Source of the DNA: a candidate division FCPU426 bacterium
GTDB lineage: Bacteria > Oederibacteriota > Muellerivitia > Muellerivitales > Muellerivitaceae
Assembly (NCBI GenBank): GCA_963719085.1
Contig: CAVRAL010000004.1
Location: forward strand, 672,001-736,000
Direction: 5' to 3'
DNA length: 64,000 nt
Shown: in pieces, positions 1 to 8,673 of the stretch
How the letters are laid out: each line of letters starts with the position of its first letter
Numbering within the stretch: the stretch's first letter is position 1
Program-made: the position numbers and the translations under genes
Notes under the pieces: generated by a model
The model's input: only the letters and a program-made list of their open reading frames with translations
What the model was told of the DNA's origin: nothing
Database searches by the model: none

Positions 1-83
1 TCGAATGGCGCTATTTGGACGTTTAGCGGAAAAGTTTAGTTGCGGACAGAGTTCGCGGGATTGAAAGGAAATTTATCCGCCGT

Positions 84-935
84 TCAGAAGCCTTCGGCGA
101 CGATCTTGATGCTGATAGTGGGTTCGGACTTTTTACGCTTATAAACCACTTCCTCCACATCTTCCAAAACCGAGACCACATCGTTGCCGCTTCCGATCAA
201 GCTCAGATGGGCGGACTTGAGGGTGCCTGGGTAGCTATGCAGGCCGGCGAAATGCTTGGGGGACTGGTGCAAATAGGTATAGCCTTGCGGGTCGTAACGG
301 CAGGCCGACTCGATGACCGGCTTCTGGTCGTCCTTGTTCAAAGCCTTGGTCAACATCACTTCCAGGCTGTCCTCTTCTAATTTTCGGTCCGGGATATCAA
401 AAAAGACCGCCGACACGCAATAGTTCTCGTTCGGGGCCAGGCGCAGTTTCCGCGACGCCACTTCCACGGCCTTGAAAAGCTTATCGGGCTCTTCCTTCAA
501 GGCCATTTCTTTGCTGACAATCTCATGCAAGCTGACGCTTTTGCGCGGCTTGCCCAGGCGTTTATTGGTTTTTTCAAACATGATGGCCCCGTCTTTTTCG
601 GGGCTGCAGGTATAAAGCTCATCGATCAAACGCCGCTTGACCGGGTCATACATGAGCACCCGGTGCGATTCCGAGAGCATCCACGAATATTTCAGGATGT
701 CCTTTTCCCCCACCTGGCCCAGGCCGGGAAAGGGAACGCAATTCAGGATGATGAAATTATTATCCAAGAGGGTTTCGGTGCCCAATTCCATCAAGGCGGA
801 ACAGCGCTTTTTAACGTCCGCGGGGAAATCCACATTCTCGTAAACCGAGAAAAGGCCGGTTCCCTTGGCGTAGCGGGAATCGTCCATTACTTCAGGCGTG
901 GGCTTTCCGTTTGTGTGCAGCGCGCTGGTGGTCAT
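84..935 (-). CDS. Hypothetical protein (283 aa)
   Basis: Long ORF with ATG start and globular-protein composition, preceded by an AT-rich intergenic stretch; no family motif recognised. Confidence 0.7.
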   Translation of the reverse strand: MTTSALHTNGKPTPEVMDDSRYAKGTGLFSVYENVDFPADVKKRCSALMELGTETLLDNNFIILNCVPFPGLGQVGEKDILKYSWMLSESHRVLMYDPVKRRLIDELYTCSPEKDGAIMFEKTNKRLGKPRKSVSLHEIVSKEMALKEEPDKLFKAVEVASRKLRLAPNENYCVSAVFFDIPDRKLEEDSLEVMLTKALNKDDQKPVIESACRYDPQGYTYLHQSPKHFAGLHSYPGTLKSAHLSLIGSGNDVVSVLEDVEEVVYKRKKSEPTISIKIVAEGF

Positions 936-1020
936 AATTAGTTTTATTGTAGAAAAAGTTTGGAAAAAAAAGAAAAAAATCGTCGGAAAAAGTGTTTTTA
1001 TTTATCCCGGGAAGCGGGGT

Positions 1021-1215
1021 TTATTTTCCGTCCGGTAACGGGATAAACATCATTCCGTCATCTAAAAAGCTTTTCTTCACGTCCTTTTCGGCGCACTTTT
1101 CGTTTTTGCATTGATAAACGGCTTTGTAATTGGCGTGTCCCGCGGCCGCTTCTCCCTTAATGATTTTGCGCGAAAATTGGGTCATTTCGTCTCCACAGCC
1201 TAAACAAGAAGGCAT
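1021..1215 (-). CDS. Small putative zinc-ribbon protein (64 aa)
   Basis: CLGC near the N-terminus and CKNEKC later; GAGGTG RBS-like sequence just upstream of the ATG. Confidence 0.65.
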   Translation of the reverse strand: MPSCLGCGDEMTQFSRKIIKGEAAAGHANYKAVYQCKNEKCAEKDVKKSFLDDGMMFIPLPDGK

Positions 1216-1291
1216 AAAACACCTCAGCTTAATGATTTTATTTTGGTTTAGAAAAACTCTTTTTTTCTTTACCGGTTTTTATCCGCGTTCA

Positions 1292-1870
1292 TCATTGTTT
1301 CAATTTATTTTTATGCCGAAAACAATCCACCGTATGGTCATTGGCCATGCCGACCGCCTGCATGTGAGCGTAAACCACCGTGGGGCCCAGAAAGCGGAAC
1401 CCCCGCTTTTTTAAATCCTTGGCCCAAGCTTCGGCTTCCTCGATGACGGCCGGATATTCCTTCAAGCTTTTAAAACGGTGCTGGATCGGCTTTCCCTTGA
1501 CCCAACCCCACATGTATTTGGAAAAGGAGCCGAATTCTTTTTGAACTTCCATAAATTGTTTGGCGTTCTCAATGGCCGCGGCGATCTTCAACCGGTTTCG
1601 CACAATCCCCGCGTCCTTCATCAGCCGGGAGCGGTCCTTAGCCCCGAATTTGGCGATTTTCTGGTAATCGAAATTTTTGAACGCTTTGCGGAAATTCTCC
1701 CGTTTGTTCAAAATGATCCGCCAGGAAAGCCCCGCCTGGAAGGATTCCAGGATTAAAAACTCAAATAGTTTGCGGTCGTCCCGAACCGGCACGCCCCATT
1801 CCTTATCATGGTACTCGGTCATCAAAGCGTCGCCCAAGGACCAAGGGCAACGGGCTTTCGAGGTCTTCAT
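1292..1870 (-). CDS. tag: DNA-3-methyladenine glycosylase I
   Basis: RCPW, YHDKEWG, FEFLILESFQAGLSW, IVRNRLKI, GPT and NDHxxxC motifs. Confidence 0.96.
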   Translation of the reverse strand: MKTSKARCPWSLGDALMTEYHDKEWGVPVRDDRKLFEFLILESFQAGLSWRIILNKRENFRKAFKNFDYQKIAKFGAKDRSRLMKDAGIVRNRLKIAAAIENAKQFMEVQKEFGSFSKYMWGWVKGKPIQHRFKSLKEYPAVIEEAEAWAKDLKKRGFRFLGPTVVYAHMQAVGMANDHTVDCFRHKNKLKQ

Positions 1871-2169
1871 CGCGATCTTTCTTGATTGGCTTTTTCCAGC
1901 TCGGCCAGCCGTTCGACGGTGAGCTTCTCCACGGCCTGTTTACCCTGGTCGGTTAAGGCGGCCAACTTCATCTGATTGAAAGCCACCAGATCCTCTTCCT
2001 GCATTTGACGGAGGATCGTTTCCATCCGTTCTTTGTCTTCTTTGGGGAAGATGCCTTTTTGGAAACGGATTTCTTTAAGCAGACTTTCGGTGGTCAGGAA
2101 CCCGGTCTTGCGTTTTTGATAAGCCGCCAAGACGGCGTCCCGGAAGAGTCCGTAATTTTCAATGGCCAT
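1867..2169 (-). CDS. Hypothetical protein (100 aa), possibly winged-helix-like
   Basis: Stop overlaps the tag start (ATGA). Helical pattern ending in LTDQG resembles winged-helix ends (weak). Confidence 0.65.
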   Translation of the reverse strand: MAIENYGLFRDAVLAAYQKRKTGFLTTESLLKEIRFQKGIFPKEDKERMETILRQMQEEDLVAFNQMKLAALTDQGKQAVEKLTVERLAELEKANQERSR

Positions 2170-2228
2170 AGGTTCTTATTATAGTCTCAAGCGGCCGCTT
2201 TGCTTCCGGTTAAAAACTTCAGTCTCGC

Positions 2229-2603
2229 CTACCCTTCGGAAGCCGAAGTTTCCAAATAGGCCTTCAAGGCTTCCTGGTCTTCCACGGGCATGAGCATGAG
2301 TTTCAGTCCAACGTCGTTTTTGAAGAACATCTTCCCCTCCTTCACCCAAACCACCTCGGCGTAGGCGAAAAGCGAGCGGCGTTGATGGGGCAAAGGAATC
2401 TCCAGGCGGAAGACATCCCCCGGCTTGACGTCTTGGGCGGTCCTTAAAAAAAGACCCTCCAAACTAATGTCCTTGGTGATGCCTTTCACGTTTTGAAGCT
2501 TATCCATCGCTTCGCGTTTTTCCAAAATTTGAAATTGGATCGGCACCTTGACCGACACGCGCTGGTGCGCCCGGTGCTCTAGAAACGCTTGGGATTTGGT
2601 CAT
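2229..2603 (-). CDS. PilZ domain protein (putative c-di-GMP receptor)
   Basis: RxxxR (RAHQR) and DxSxxG (DISLEG) motifs, plus the AEVVW strand. Confidence 0.9.
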   Translation of the reverse strand: MTKSQAFLEHRAHQRVSVKVPIQFQILEKREAMDKLQNVKGITKDISLEGLFLRTAQDVKPGDVFRLEIPLPHQRRSLFAYAEVVWVKEGKMFFKNDVGLKLMLMPVEDQEALKAYLETSASEG

Positions 2604-2634
2604 CGTTCACATCCTCAATCGAAGAAGGCTGAAA

Positions 2635-2811
2635 TTACTTCTTTTTATAGACGTTTAAGCCGACTTTCTCGTCCCGGTCAGGAATGGAAATATTCCCCTC
2701 GGTCGAGGCCACAATGGTTGTCTTGCCCGAGGAAGAAGGCCCGAACTCTTTGGAAAGATCAACCTTGATCGTCAGGATATTTCCTTCCACTTTCATTTCA
2801 ACATTTTTCAC
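2635..2811 (-). CDS. Small protein (58 aa) missing from the supplied ORF track
   Basis: GTG start after AGGGAG. Translates to MKNVEMKVEGNILTIKVDLSKEFGPSSSGKTTIVASTEGNISIPDRDEKVGLNVYKKK and fills the gap between same-strand neighbours. Resembles a conserved hypothetical family (GPSxSGKTxxxASTxG) from memory. Confidence 0.85.
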   Translation of the reverse strand: MKNVEMKVEGNILTIKVDLSKEFGPSSSGKTTIVASTEGNISIPDRDEKVGLNVYKKK

Positions 2812-2829
2812 GATCGGCTCCCTGAACCT

Positions 2830-3117
2830 CTATTTGAACAAATCATCCCACTTCTTTTTCGCGTCATCCTGGGGCGGCGCGGGCCCGCCCATGGGCCGGT
2901 CCAAGAACTCAAACTCATCGCAAAAATTGCGCTTGTCCTTGTCCCGAACCGGCTCGGTGGTGGAACTGCGGCACTCATGATGCGCGCTCCGGTCATAAAA
3001 CCGGCAGTTAAGACACCGGTGTAAGTCGGCCCCGCATTTTGAGCAAGTCTCGTTTCGCCCCGGCTGGGTTCCGGGAGTTCCCTCCCAAGGCGCCCGACAA
3101 GCGTAACAGGCTTTCAT
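2830..3117 (-). CDS. Cys-rich conserved hypothetical protein (95 aa)
   Basis: Eight Cys: CxxC, CxxC, DLHxCxNC, C, NFCDxF; probably binds metal. Confidence 0.85.
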   Translation of the reverse strand: MKACYACRAPWEGTPGTQPGRNETCSKCGADLHRCLNCRFYDRSAHHECRSSTTEPVRDKDKRNFCDEFEFLDRPMGGPAPPQDDAKKKWDDLFK

Positions 3118-3175
3118 AAAATCTTACCCTTCGAGAGCCTCAGGGTCTCTTTAATCATTTTATTATTTTCAATCG

Positions 3176-3949
3176 TTAAAAGTAATACCGGGCGCCCAAA
3201 CTTCCGTATATTTGGAAAAGGGTCCCGGGAGTCACCCAAAAGGTCGGCTCGGCCTGGATATAAAGGTCGATGGGGATCTGGGACCTCTGGAAAAGATAGG
3301 TAATGCCCACCGGAGCCTCCACCGCCGCCGCCAAAACACCGTTGACCGCCGCGTCCCCGCCGATGCCGATGTAAAAAGCAAAAGCCCCGTTTTTGGCGTG
3401 GATCAGGTCGAAATCATGCCAAAGATAGGCCAGCTGGAAAAGCGCGCCGCCGTTGAGTTTGACCTCGCCCTGGAAAGCGCTTTGCTGGTCCAGCCAGTAC
3501 TTGCCGGTCGCGCCGTAGGTGCCGGGCTCTCCGAATTCCAATCCGATCCCAAAATTGCCGCCGCCCACCACGGGCCCCGGATTTTCGGCGCTTGCCCCAG
3601 CGGCACCGGCGCTTGTGGCTGCCGAAGGAAATGTCGGGGGCAGGGTGGAACCGCGCAGGTTGTCAGTGAAAGCTTGAAGCTGGGGATTGGCGTGCAGACT
3701 CAGGCTTTGGTCATAGGCGGCCAAAGCGTCGGTCTTGTCGCCTTCGGCGTAATAGGAACTTCCCAAGACTTGGTAAGCCTGCCAGTTGGAGGGATCGGTC
3801 TGGGTGGCGGCCTTCAGATAAAGGACGGCTTGGTTGTATTGCTTCTGGTTATAAAACCCCACACCGGCCGCGTAATACTGCGCCGAAGTGGCGGCGAAGG
3901 CCAGGCCAGCTAGCGAAAATGATAAAACCGTGAAAATGATTTTTTTCAT
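3176..3949 (-). CDS. Exported protein with TPR repeats fused to a small outer-membrane beta-barrel-like domain
   Basis: Signal peptide (MKK...AFA), TPR helices, Pro/Ala/Gly linker, alternating amphipathic strands and a C-terminal GARYYF barrel signature; GGAG RBS. Confidence 0.8.
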   Translation of the reverse strand: MKKIIFTVLSFSLAGLAFAATSAQYYAAGVGFYNQKQYNQAVLYLKAATQTDPSNWQAYQVLGSSYYAEGDKTDALAAYDQSLSLHANPQLQAFTDNLRGSTLPPTFPSAATSAGAAGASAENPGPVVGGGNFGIGLEFGEPGTYGATGKYWLDQQSAFQGEVKLNGGALFQLAYLWHDFDLIHAKNGAFAFYIGIGGDAAVNGVLAAAVEAPVGITYLFQRSQIPIDLYIQAEPTFWVTPGTLFQIYGSLGARYYF

Positions 3950-4031
3950 GGAGGCTCCTTGAGGTGGAACCAGATTACAGAAAATCCATGAAATTTTCGA
4001 CGATTTTGAGGCGGAAAACGCGTGAGCCGGC

Positions 4032-6791
4032 TTACTTTTTAACGAGCTTCGGTTCCTTGACCGCCTTCACTTCATCCAGTCTTGAAACCGCCGTTGTATA
4101 GGGCGCGTTTTTGAAGAGGTCCGGATTGGTTTCCATTTCTTGCCGGATCTTCAGCATGGCGTCCACAAACTCATCCAAGGTTTTTTTGGTTTCGGTCTCC
4201 GTGGGCTCAATCATGATGGACTCGGGCACCACCAGCGGGAAATAAATGGTGGGCGGATGGTAGTTAAAATCAATGATGCGCTTGGCGATGTCGAGGGCCG
4301 ACACGCCGTATTTCTTTTTCAAAGGCTCCGCGGTCAAGACGAACTCGTGTTTGCACAAGCGGTCATAGGCCACCGGATAAGCGCCTTTGAGCTTGGCCAA
4401 AAGGTAATTGGCGTTCAAGGTGGCGACGCGGCCCACCCGTTCCAACCCTTCCTTGCCGTTACGCTTGCAATAGGCCAGCGCCCGAAGCAACACGCCGAAA
4501 TTGCCCACATTGCCCTTCACCCGGCCGATGGATTGGGGGGAGCCGGTCTTTAAAAAATACCGGTTCCCTTCCCGCGCCACCCGCGGTTCGGGCAGATAAG
4601 GCTCCAAGACTTTCGTGCAGCCCACCGGACCCGAACCCGGCCCCCCGCCGCCGTGAGGCGTCGAGAAGGTTTTATGCAAATTCAGATGCACCAAGTCAAA
4701 CCCCATATCCGCCGGCCGGCAGATCCCCACAATGGCGTTCATATTGGCGCCGTCATAATAAAGAAGACCCCCCGCGTCATGCACCAGCTTGGCCACGTCC
4801 AAAATATGCTCCTCAAACAACCCGAGCGTGCTCGGGTTTGTCAGCATCAAGACCGCCGTGTCTTTTCCCAGTTTGGCCTTCAAGGCTTCCAAGTCCATAT
4901 TGCCCCGCGCGTCGGTGGGGATGGAGACCGTCTTCCAGCCCGCCATCGTGGCGGAGGCCGGGTTGGTGCCGTGGGCGGAATCGGGCACGATCACATTGAC
5001 CCTTTGGTGCTCGCCCCGGTCGGCGAAATAACGCTTGGCCATCAGAAGCGCCGTCAATTCTCCCTGGGCGCCCGCGGCGGGCTGCAGCGTCAAGGCGTGG
5101 CAGCCCGTGACTTCGGAAAGCCAATGTTCCAGTTCATACATGACTTGAAGCGCGCCTTGCACCTCGTCTTCCCGTTGGGCCGGATGAAGGTCCGCCCATT
5201 CGTCCCGGAACGCGATATCCTCGTGCACCTTCGGGTTGTATTTCATCGTGCAGGAACCCAAAGGATAAAAACCGTTATCGATGCAGAAATTTTTCCGGGC
5301 CAAGTCGGTGTAATAACGGACCAGCTCAATTTCCGCGTGGGATTCGATGGCCGGAAGCGCTCGCGGCTTGATCCAACTCGGAAGCGCCGCGGGCCTTTGA
5401 TGAACCACATGCCCGGAATGAGCGGAACCCATCGAAGGGCTTCCCGCCTTCGAATGGGCCGTGAATTCCTCGCAAGCCGAGATAAATGATTCCATGTCTT
5501 CCAGCGTGGTCAATTCGGTGCAGGCCACCAGCACGCAGTCTTTATATTCGGGATAGTCTTTGGATAAATCGTAAGGCGCCACCATGCCCCATTCGGCGAG
5601 AAAATTGGCGAAACCCGGGCTCGGGGGCCGAACGACGAACTCGTTGGCGTAATGGGCGCTTTCAATTTTAAATCCGGGAATCTTGGCGATCTCGGTCGCC
5701 AGCGCGAAAGCCGTGGCCGCGCCGTCCTGGGCCGCCTGCTGGGCGCCCGCGCCGCCTTTAAAGTAAAGCCAGGCGGAGGCGAAGTTGGCCATCAGCGATT
5801 GAGTGGTACAGACGTTGGAAACCGCGCGTTCCCGGCGGATATGTTGTTCCCGGGCCTGAAAGGTGAGGACCAAGCCTTCTTGACCGTTGCGGTCCGTCGT
5901 GCCGCCCACGATGCGGCCTGGCATTTGGCGGATATCGTCCATGCGGGCGGTCAGGAAGCCCGCGTGCGGGCCGCCGAACGAGAGAATATTCCCGAAGGAC
6001 TGGGCGGAGCCCGCGCAAACATCGGCGCCTAAGGAACCGGGCGATGGGAGCAGGGCCAAATTCATGGCTTCCGGCACGGCCACGACTAAGTAGCATTGTT
6101 TTTCTTTGCAAATTTTAGAAAGCGCGGCCAGATCCTCAATGGTCCCGAGGAAGTTCGGATATTGCACCACCACAACGGAATTGGGCCAAAGCGCGGTCTT
6201 AAGCGATTCCAGGTCCGTCTCGGTTCCTTTTAAGCCCACTTCCTGGATTTTAATCCCCAAGGGATTCAAATAGGTCTGAATGGTTTCCCGGTATTCGGGA
6301 TGGACGGCCTTGGAAACGAAAACCAGTGAGGCTTGTTTTTTAATTCGAAGGGCCAGAAGCGTGGCTTCCGCCACGGCGGTAGCGCCGTCATAAAGCGAGG
6401 CGTTGGAAACTTGAAGGCCGGTCAGTTCCACCATGTAGGTTTGGAAATCAAAAAGGACTTGGAGCGTGCCCTGGGCGATCTCGGGTTGGTAAGGCGTATA
6501 AGAGGTAAGAAATTCAGGCCGGGTCACGACCGCTTTCACCGCCGAGGGAACCTCGTGATAATAAAGCCCCGCGCCCAAAAAACAAGGACGACCCGAGACC
6601 GGCGAGTTGTTTTTGCCGATCAAGGTAAACCAGCGTTTCAGTTCGGGTTCGCTGAGGCCCTTGGGCAGGTTGAGGCCGTTTTTTAAAATTTGCGCGGGCG
6701 GAACGTCGGCGAAAAGATCATCGAGCTTGGAAACGCCGATGGCTTTGAGCATTTCCTTTTCGTCTTGGGGTGTAATCGGAATATAAGCCAA
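4032..6791 (-). CDS. gcvP: Glycine dehydrogenase (P protein), single-chain GcvPA-GcvPB fusion
   Basis: TTG start after GGAG. GcvPA motifs [33 protein letters not shown]; GcvPB motifs [21 protein letters not shown] and the PLP lysine in [16 protein letters not shown]. Confidence 0.95.
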   Translation of the reverse strand: MAYIPITPQDEKEMLKAIGVSKLDDLFADVPPAQILKNGLNLPKGLSEPELKRWFTLIGKNNSPVSGRPCFLGAGLYYHEVPSAVKAVVTRPEFLTSYTPYQPEIAQGTLQVLFDFQTYMVELTGLQVSNASLYDGATAVAEATLLALRIKKQASLVFVSKAVHPEYRETIQTYLNPLGIKIQEVGLKGTETDLESLKTALWPNSVVVVQYPNFLGTIEDLAALSKICKEKQCYLVVAVPEAMNLALLPSPGSLGADVCAGSAQSFGNILSFGGPHAGFLTARMDDIRQMPGRIVGGTTDRNGQEGLVLTFQAREQHIRRERAVSNVCTTQSLMANFASAWLYFKGGAGAQQAAQDGAATAFALATEIAKIPGFKIESAHYANEFVVRPPSPGFANFLAEWGMVAPYDLSKDYPEYKDCVLVACTELTTLEDMESFISACEEFTAHSKAGSPSMGSAHSGHVVHQRPAALPSWIKPRALPAIESHAEIELVRYYTDLARKNFCIDNGFYPLGSCTMKYNPKVHEDIAFRDEWADLHPAQREDEVQGALQVMYELEHWLSEVTGCHALTLQPAAGAQGELTALLMAKRYFADRGEHQRVNVIVPDSAHGTNPASATMAGWKTVSIPTDARGNMDLEALKAKLGKDTAVLMLTNPSTLGLFEEHILDVAKLVHDAGGLLYYDGANMNAIVGICRPADMGFDLVHLNLHKTFSTPHGGGGPGSGPVGCTKVLEPYLPEPRVAREGNRYFLKTGSPQSIGRVKGNVGNFGVLLRALAYCKRNGKEGLERVGRVATLNANYLLAKLKGAYPVAYDRLCKHEFVLTAEPLKKKYGVSALDIAKRIIDFNYHPPTIYFPLVVPESIMIEPTETETKKTLDEFVDAMLKIRQEMETNPDLFKNAPYTTAVSRLDEVKAVKEPKLVKK

Positions 6792-6809
6792 GTTTCGCTC
6801 CGCGCGTGC

Positions 6810-6898
6810 TGAGTTTTAAGTTCTTAGTTTTGAGTTAAAATCTTTCTGCGAAGCAGAAAATTCCACAACTTAAACCTTAAAATTCAAAACTAAAAACT
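6810..6898. repeat. Palindromic element with 7-nt tandem-repeat arms and a central hairpin
   Basis: Left arm tgagttt-taagttc-ttagttt-tgagtt; right arm aacttaa-accttaa-aattcaa-aactaaa-aact; centre TTTCTGC-GAA-GCAGAAA at 6843-6859. Confidence 0.8.
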
Positions 6899-6902
6899 TG
6901 TT

Positions 6903-7271
6903 TTAATGAGATTCGATCGTCTTGAGATAATCGGCTTCCGAGAGGTATTCGTCCAGGGCCTTGGGGTTATCCATTTGAACGACCGCCAGCCATCCGGCCC
7001 CTTCGGGGTCTTGGGTCACCAGGCTGGCCTGGTCTTTGAGCTTTTCGTTGATCTCCACCACGGTACCCGCCGGGCTATAGGCGTCGGCCACGGCTTTGAC
7101 GGATTCCAGCACGCACAGGCTTTGCTTATCCGCCAGTTTTTTGCCCACATCGGGAAGTTCCACGAACACCACGTCGGAGAGCTCATGGGCGGCGTGTTTG
7201 GAAATGCCGATTTTGACTTTGCCGGCGCCGAGATCTTCGTACCATTCGTGGGTTTTGGCGAACTTGCGCAT
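6903..7271 (-). CDS. gcvH: Glycine cleavage system H protein
   Basis: HEW, GIS, VVFVELP and the lipoyl lysine motif ESVKA. Confidence 0.96.
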   Translation of the reverse strand: MRKFAKTHEWYEDLGAGKVKIGISKHAAHELSDVVFVELPDVGKKLADKQSLCVLESVKAVADAYSPAGTVVEINEKLKDQASLVTQDPEGAGWLAVVQMDNPKALDEYLSEADYLKTIESH

Positions 7272-7418
7272 GAAAGCTCCTGAATTGTGGGCTAGGCGGT
7301 CCCTTCGGGACCAAGTGTTGGAAGGGTGACGAAGGCCAAACTATAGCAAAAAGGAAAAACTTTTCCAGCGTTAATGCGTGAGGATTTTATTCGTTACATT
7401 TTTAAATAACCAATGGGC

Positions 7419-8507
7419 TTAGGCTTTTAACTTGGCCTTGGTCACATGGCGCACCCAAGGAAGCTTGGTCTTCGACGCGGGAACGGCCTTGCCGCGGATT
7501 TCCACTGTCAGGGGCTTCTCGACCGAGTCGGCTTTCACGTAAGCCAAAGCGATCCCCTTTTTAAGCGTGGGAGAAAAAACACCGCTGGTGACCTCACCCA
7601 CTTCTTGGCCTTCGGCGAAAACTTTGTAATGGGACCTAGGGATATTGTTCCCTTCCAAAGTTAAGCCGATCAGTTTCTTAGACGGCGCAGGATTCAAAGC
7701 TTCCCGGCCAAAAAAGCCGCCTTCTTTTTCCCGCTTTACGGCCCAGCCGAGCCCTGCCTCGTAAGGCTGGGTGTTTTCGTCTATATCGTTGCCGTGAAGC
7801 GGTAAGCCCGCCTCCAGGCGCAAGGAATCGCGCGCACCCAGGCCGCAGGCCGTTACTTCGGGCTGGGAAACTAAAAGCTCCCAAATCGCCGGGGCGTCTT
7901 TTACGTCGATCATCAATTCATAGCCATCCTCGCCCGTATAACCGGTCGCCATGAGAAAAACACCCTTGCCGTCCAGAGTGCCGCGGCCAAATCCGAAATA
8001 GGGGATGTTGTCCAAATTTACGTCTTTTACCAATCGCTTCAAAACGGCGTCAGCCTTCGGGCCTTGCAGAGCCAATAGCGCGGTCGTGTCCGAAAGCACC
8101 TCAATCGTCAGATCCTTTCCGGCGGCGAGGCGTTTCAGATGATCCACATCCGCTTCCCGCCCGCCCGCGTTAATGATCCAAAGAAAACGGTCATTGGCCT
8201 CTTTATAGACAATCACATCGTCCAAAATGCCGCCCTTGTCGTTGAGTAAAAACCCATAAAGCGCCGTCCCGATCGGCGCTTTGGAAAGATCATTGGTAAA
8301 GGCGTACTGGGAAAGTTTATAGGCCTGGGGGCCGTGGATCCGGAGGCGGCCCATGTGGGAAATATTAAAAAAACCCGCGCTGGTGCGGGTGGCCTCATGC
8401 TCAAACAAAATTCCCTTGGCGTAAGACACCGGCATGTTCCAGCCATGAAAGTCCACCAGCTTGGCGCCATGAGCCTCATCCCAGGCCAGGCAAAAAGTGT
8501 TACGCAT
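7419..8507 (-). CDS. gcvT: Glycine cleavage system aminomethyltransferase T
   Basis: FHGWNMPVSY, SHMG, ALQGP, TGYTGEDGYE, GLGARDSLRLEAG. Confidence 0.96.
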   Translation of the reverse strand: MRNTFCLAWDEAHGAKLVDFHGWNMPVSYAKGILFEHEATRTSAGFFNISHMGRLRIHGPQAYKLSQYAFTNDLSKAPIGTALYGFLLNDKGGILDDVIVYKEANDRFLWIINAGGREADVDHLKRLAAGKDLTIEVLSDTTALLALQGPKADAVLKRLVKDVNLDNIPYFGFGRGTLDGKGVFLMATGYTGEDGYELMIDVKDAPAIWELLVSQPEVTACGLGARDSLRLEAGLPLHGNDIDENTQPYEAGLGWAVKREKEGGFFGREALNPAPSKKLIGLTLEGNNIPRSHYKVFAEGQEVGEVTSGVFSPTLKKGIALAYVKADSVEKPLTVEIRGKAVPASKTKLPWVRHVTKAKLKA

Positions 8508-8549
8508 GTCTTTTCCTTTAATGATTTAACCCAACTATCCGACAGCAAG

Positions 8550-8655
8550 TTTCACCACCAAGACACCAAGTCACCAAAAAAGCCAAAACAAATAGTGTTT
8601 TTAAGATTCTCTTGAGATTAGGCTTCCTTGGTGTCTTGGCGCCTTGGCGGTGAAA
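8550..8655. repeat. Gene-less inverted-repeat element with 8-nt periodic arms (MITE/REP-like)
   Basis: Left arm tttcaccaccaagacaccaagtcaccaa (8550-8577) matches the reverse complement of 8628-8655 at 24 of 28 positions. Confidence 0.85.
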
Positions 8656-8673
8656 ACCTTCTTTTAAAAATTT

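Noticed and set aside
7272..7418. Possible glycine riboswitch or ncRNA around the gcv genes (small ggtccc/gggacc hairpin at 7298-7312)
   Set aside because: I could not find glycine-aptamer consensus segments here or upstream of gcvT; only a short hairpin is present.
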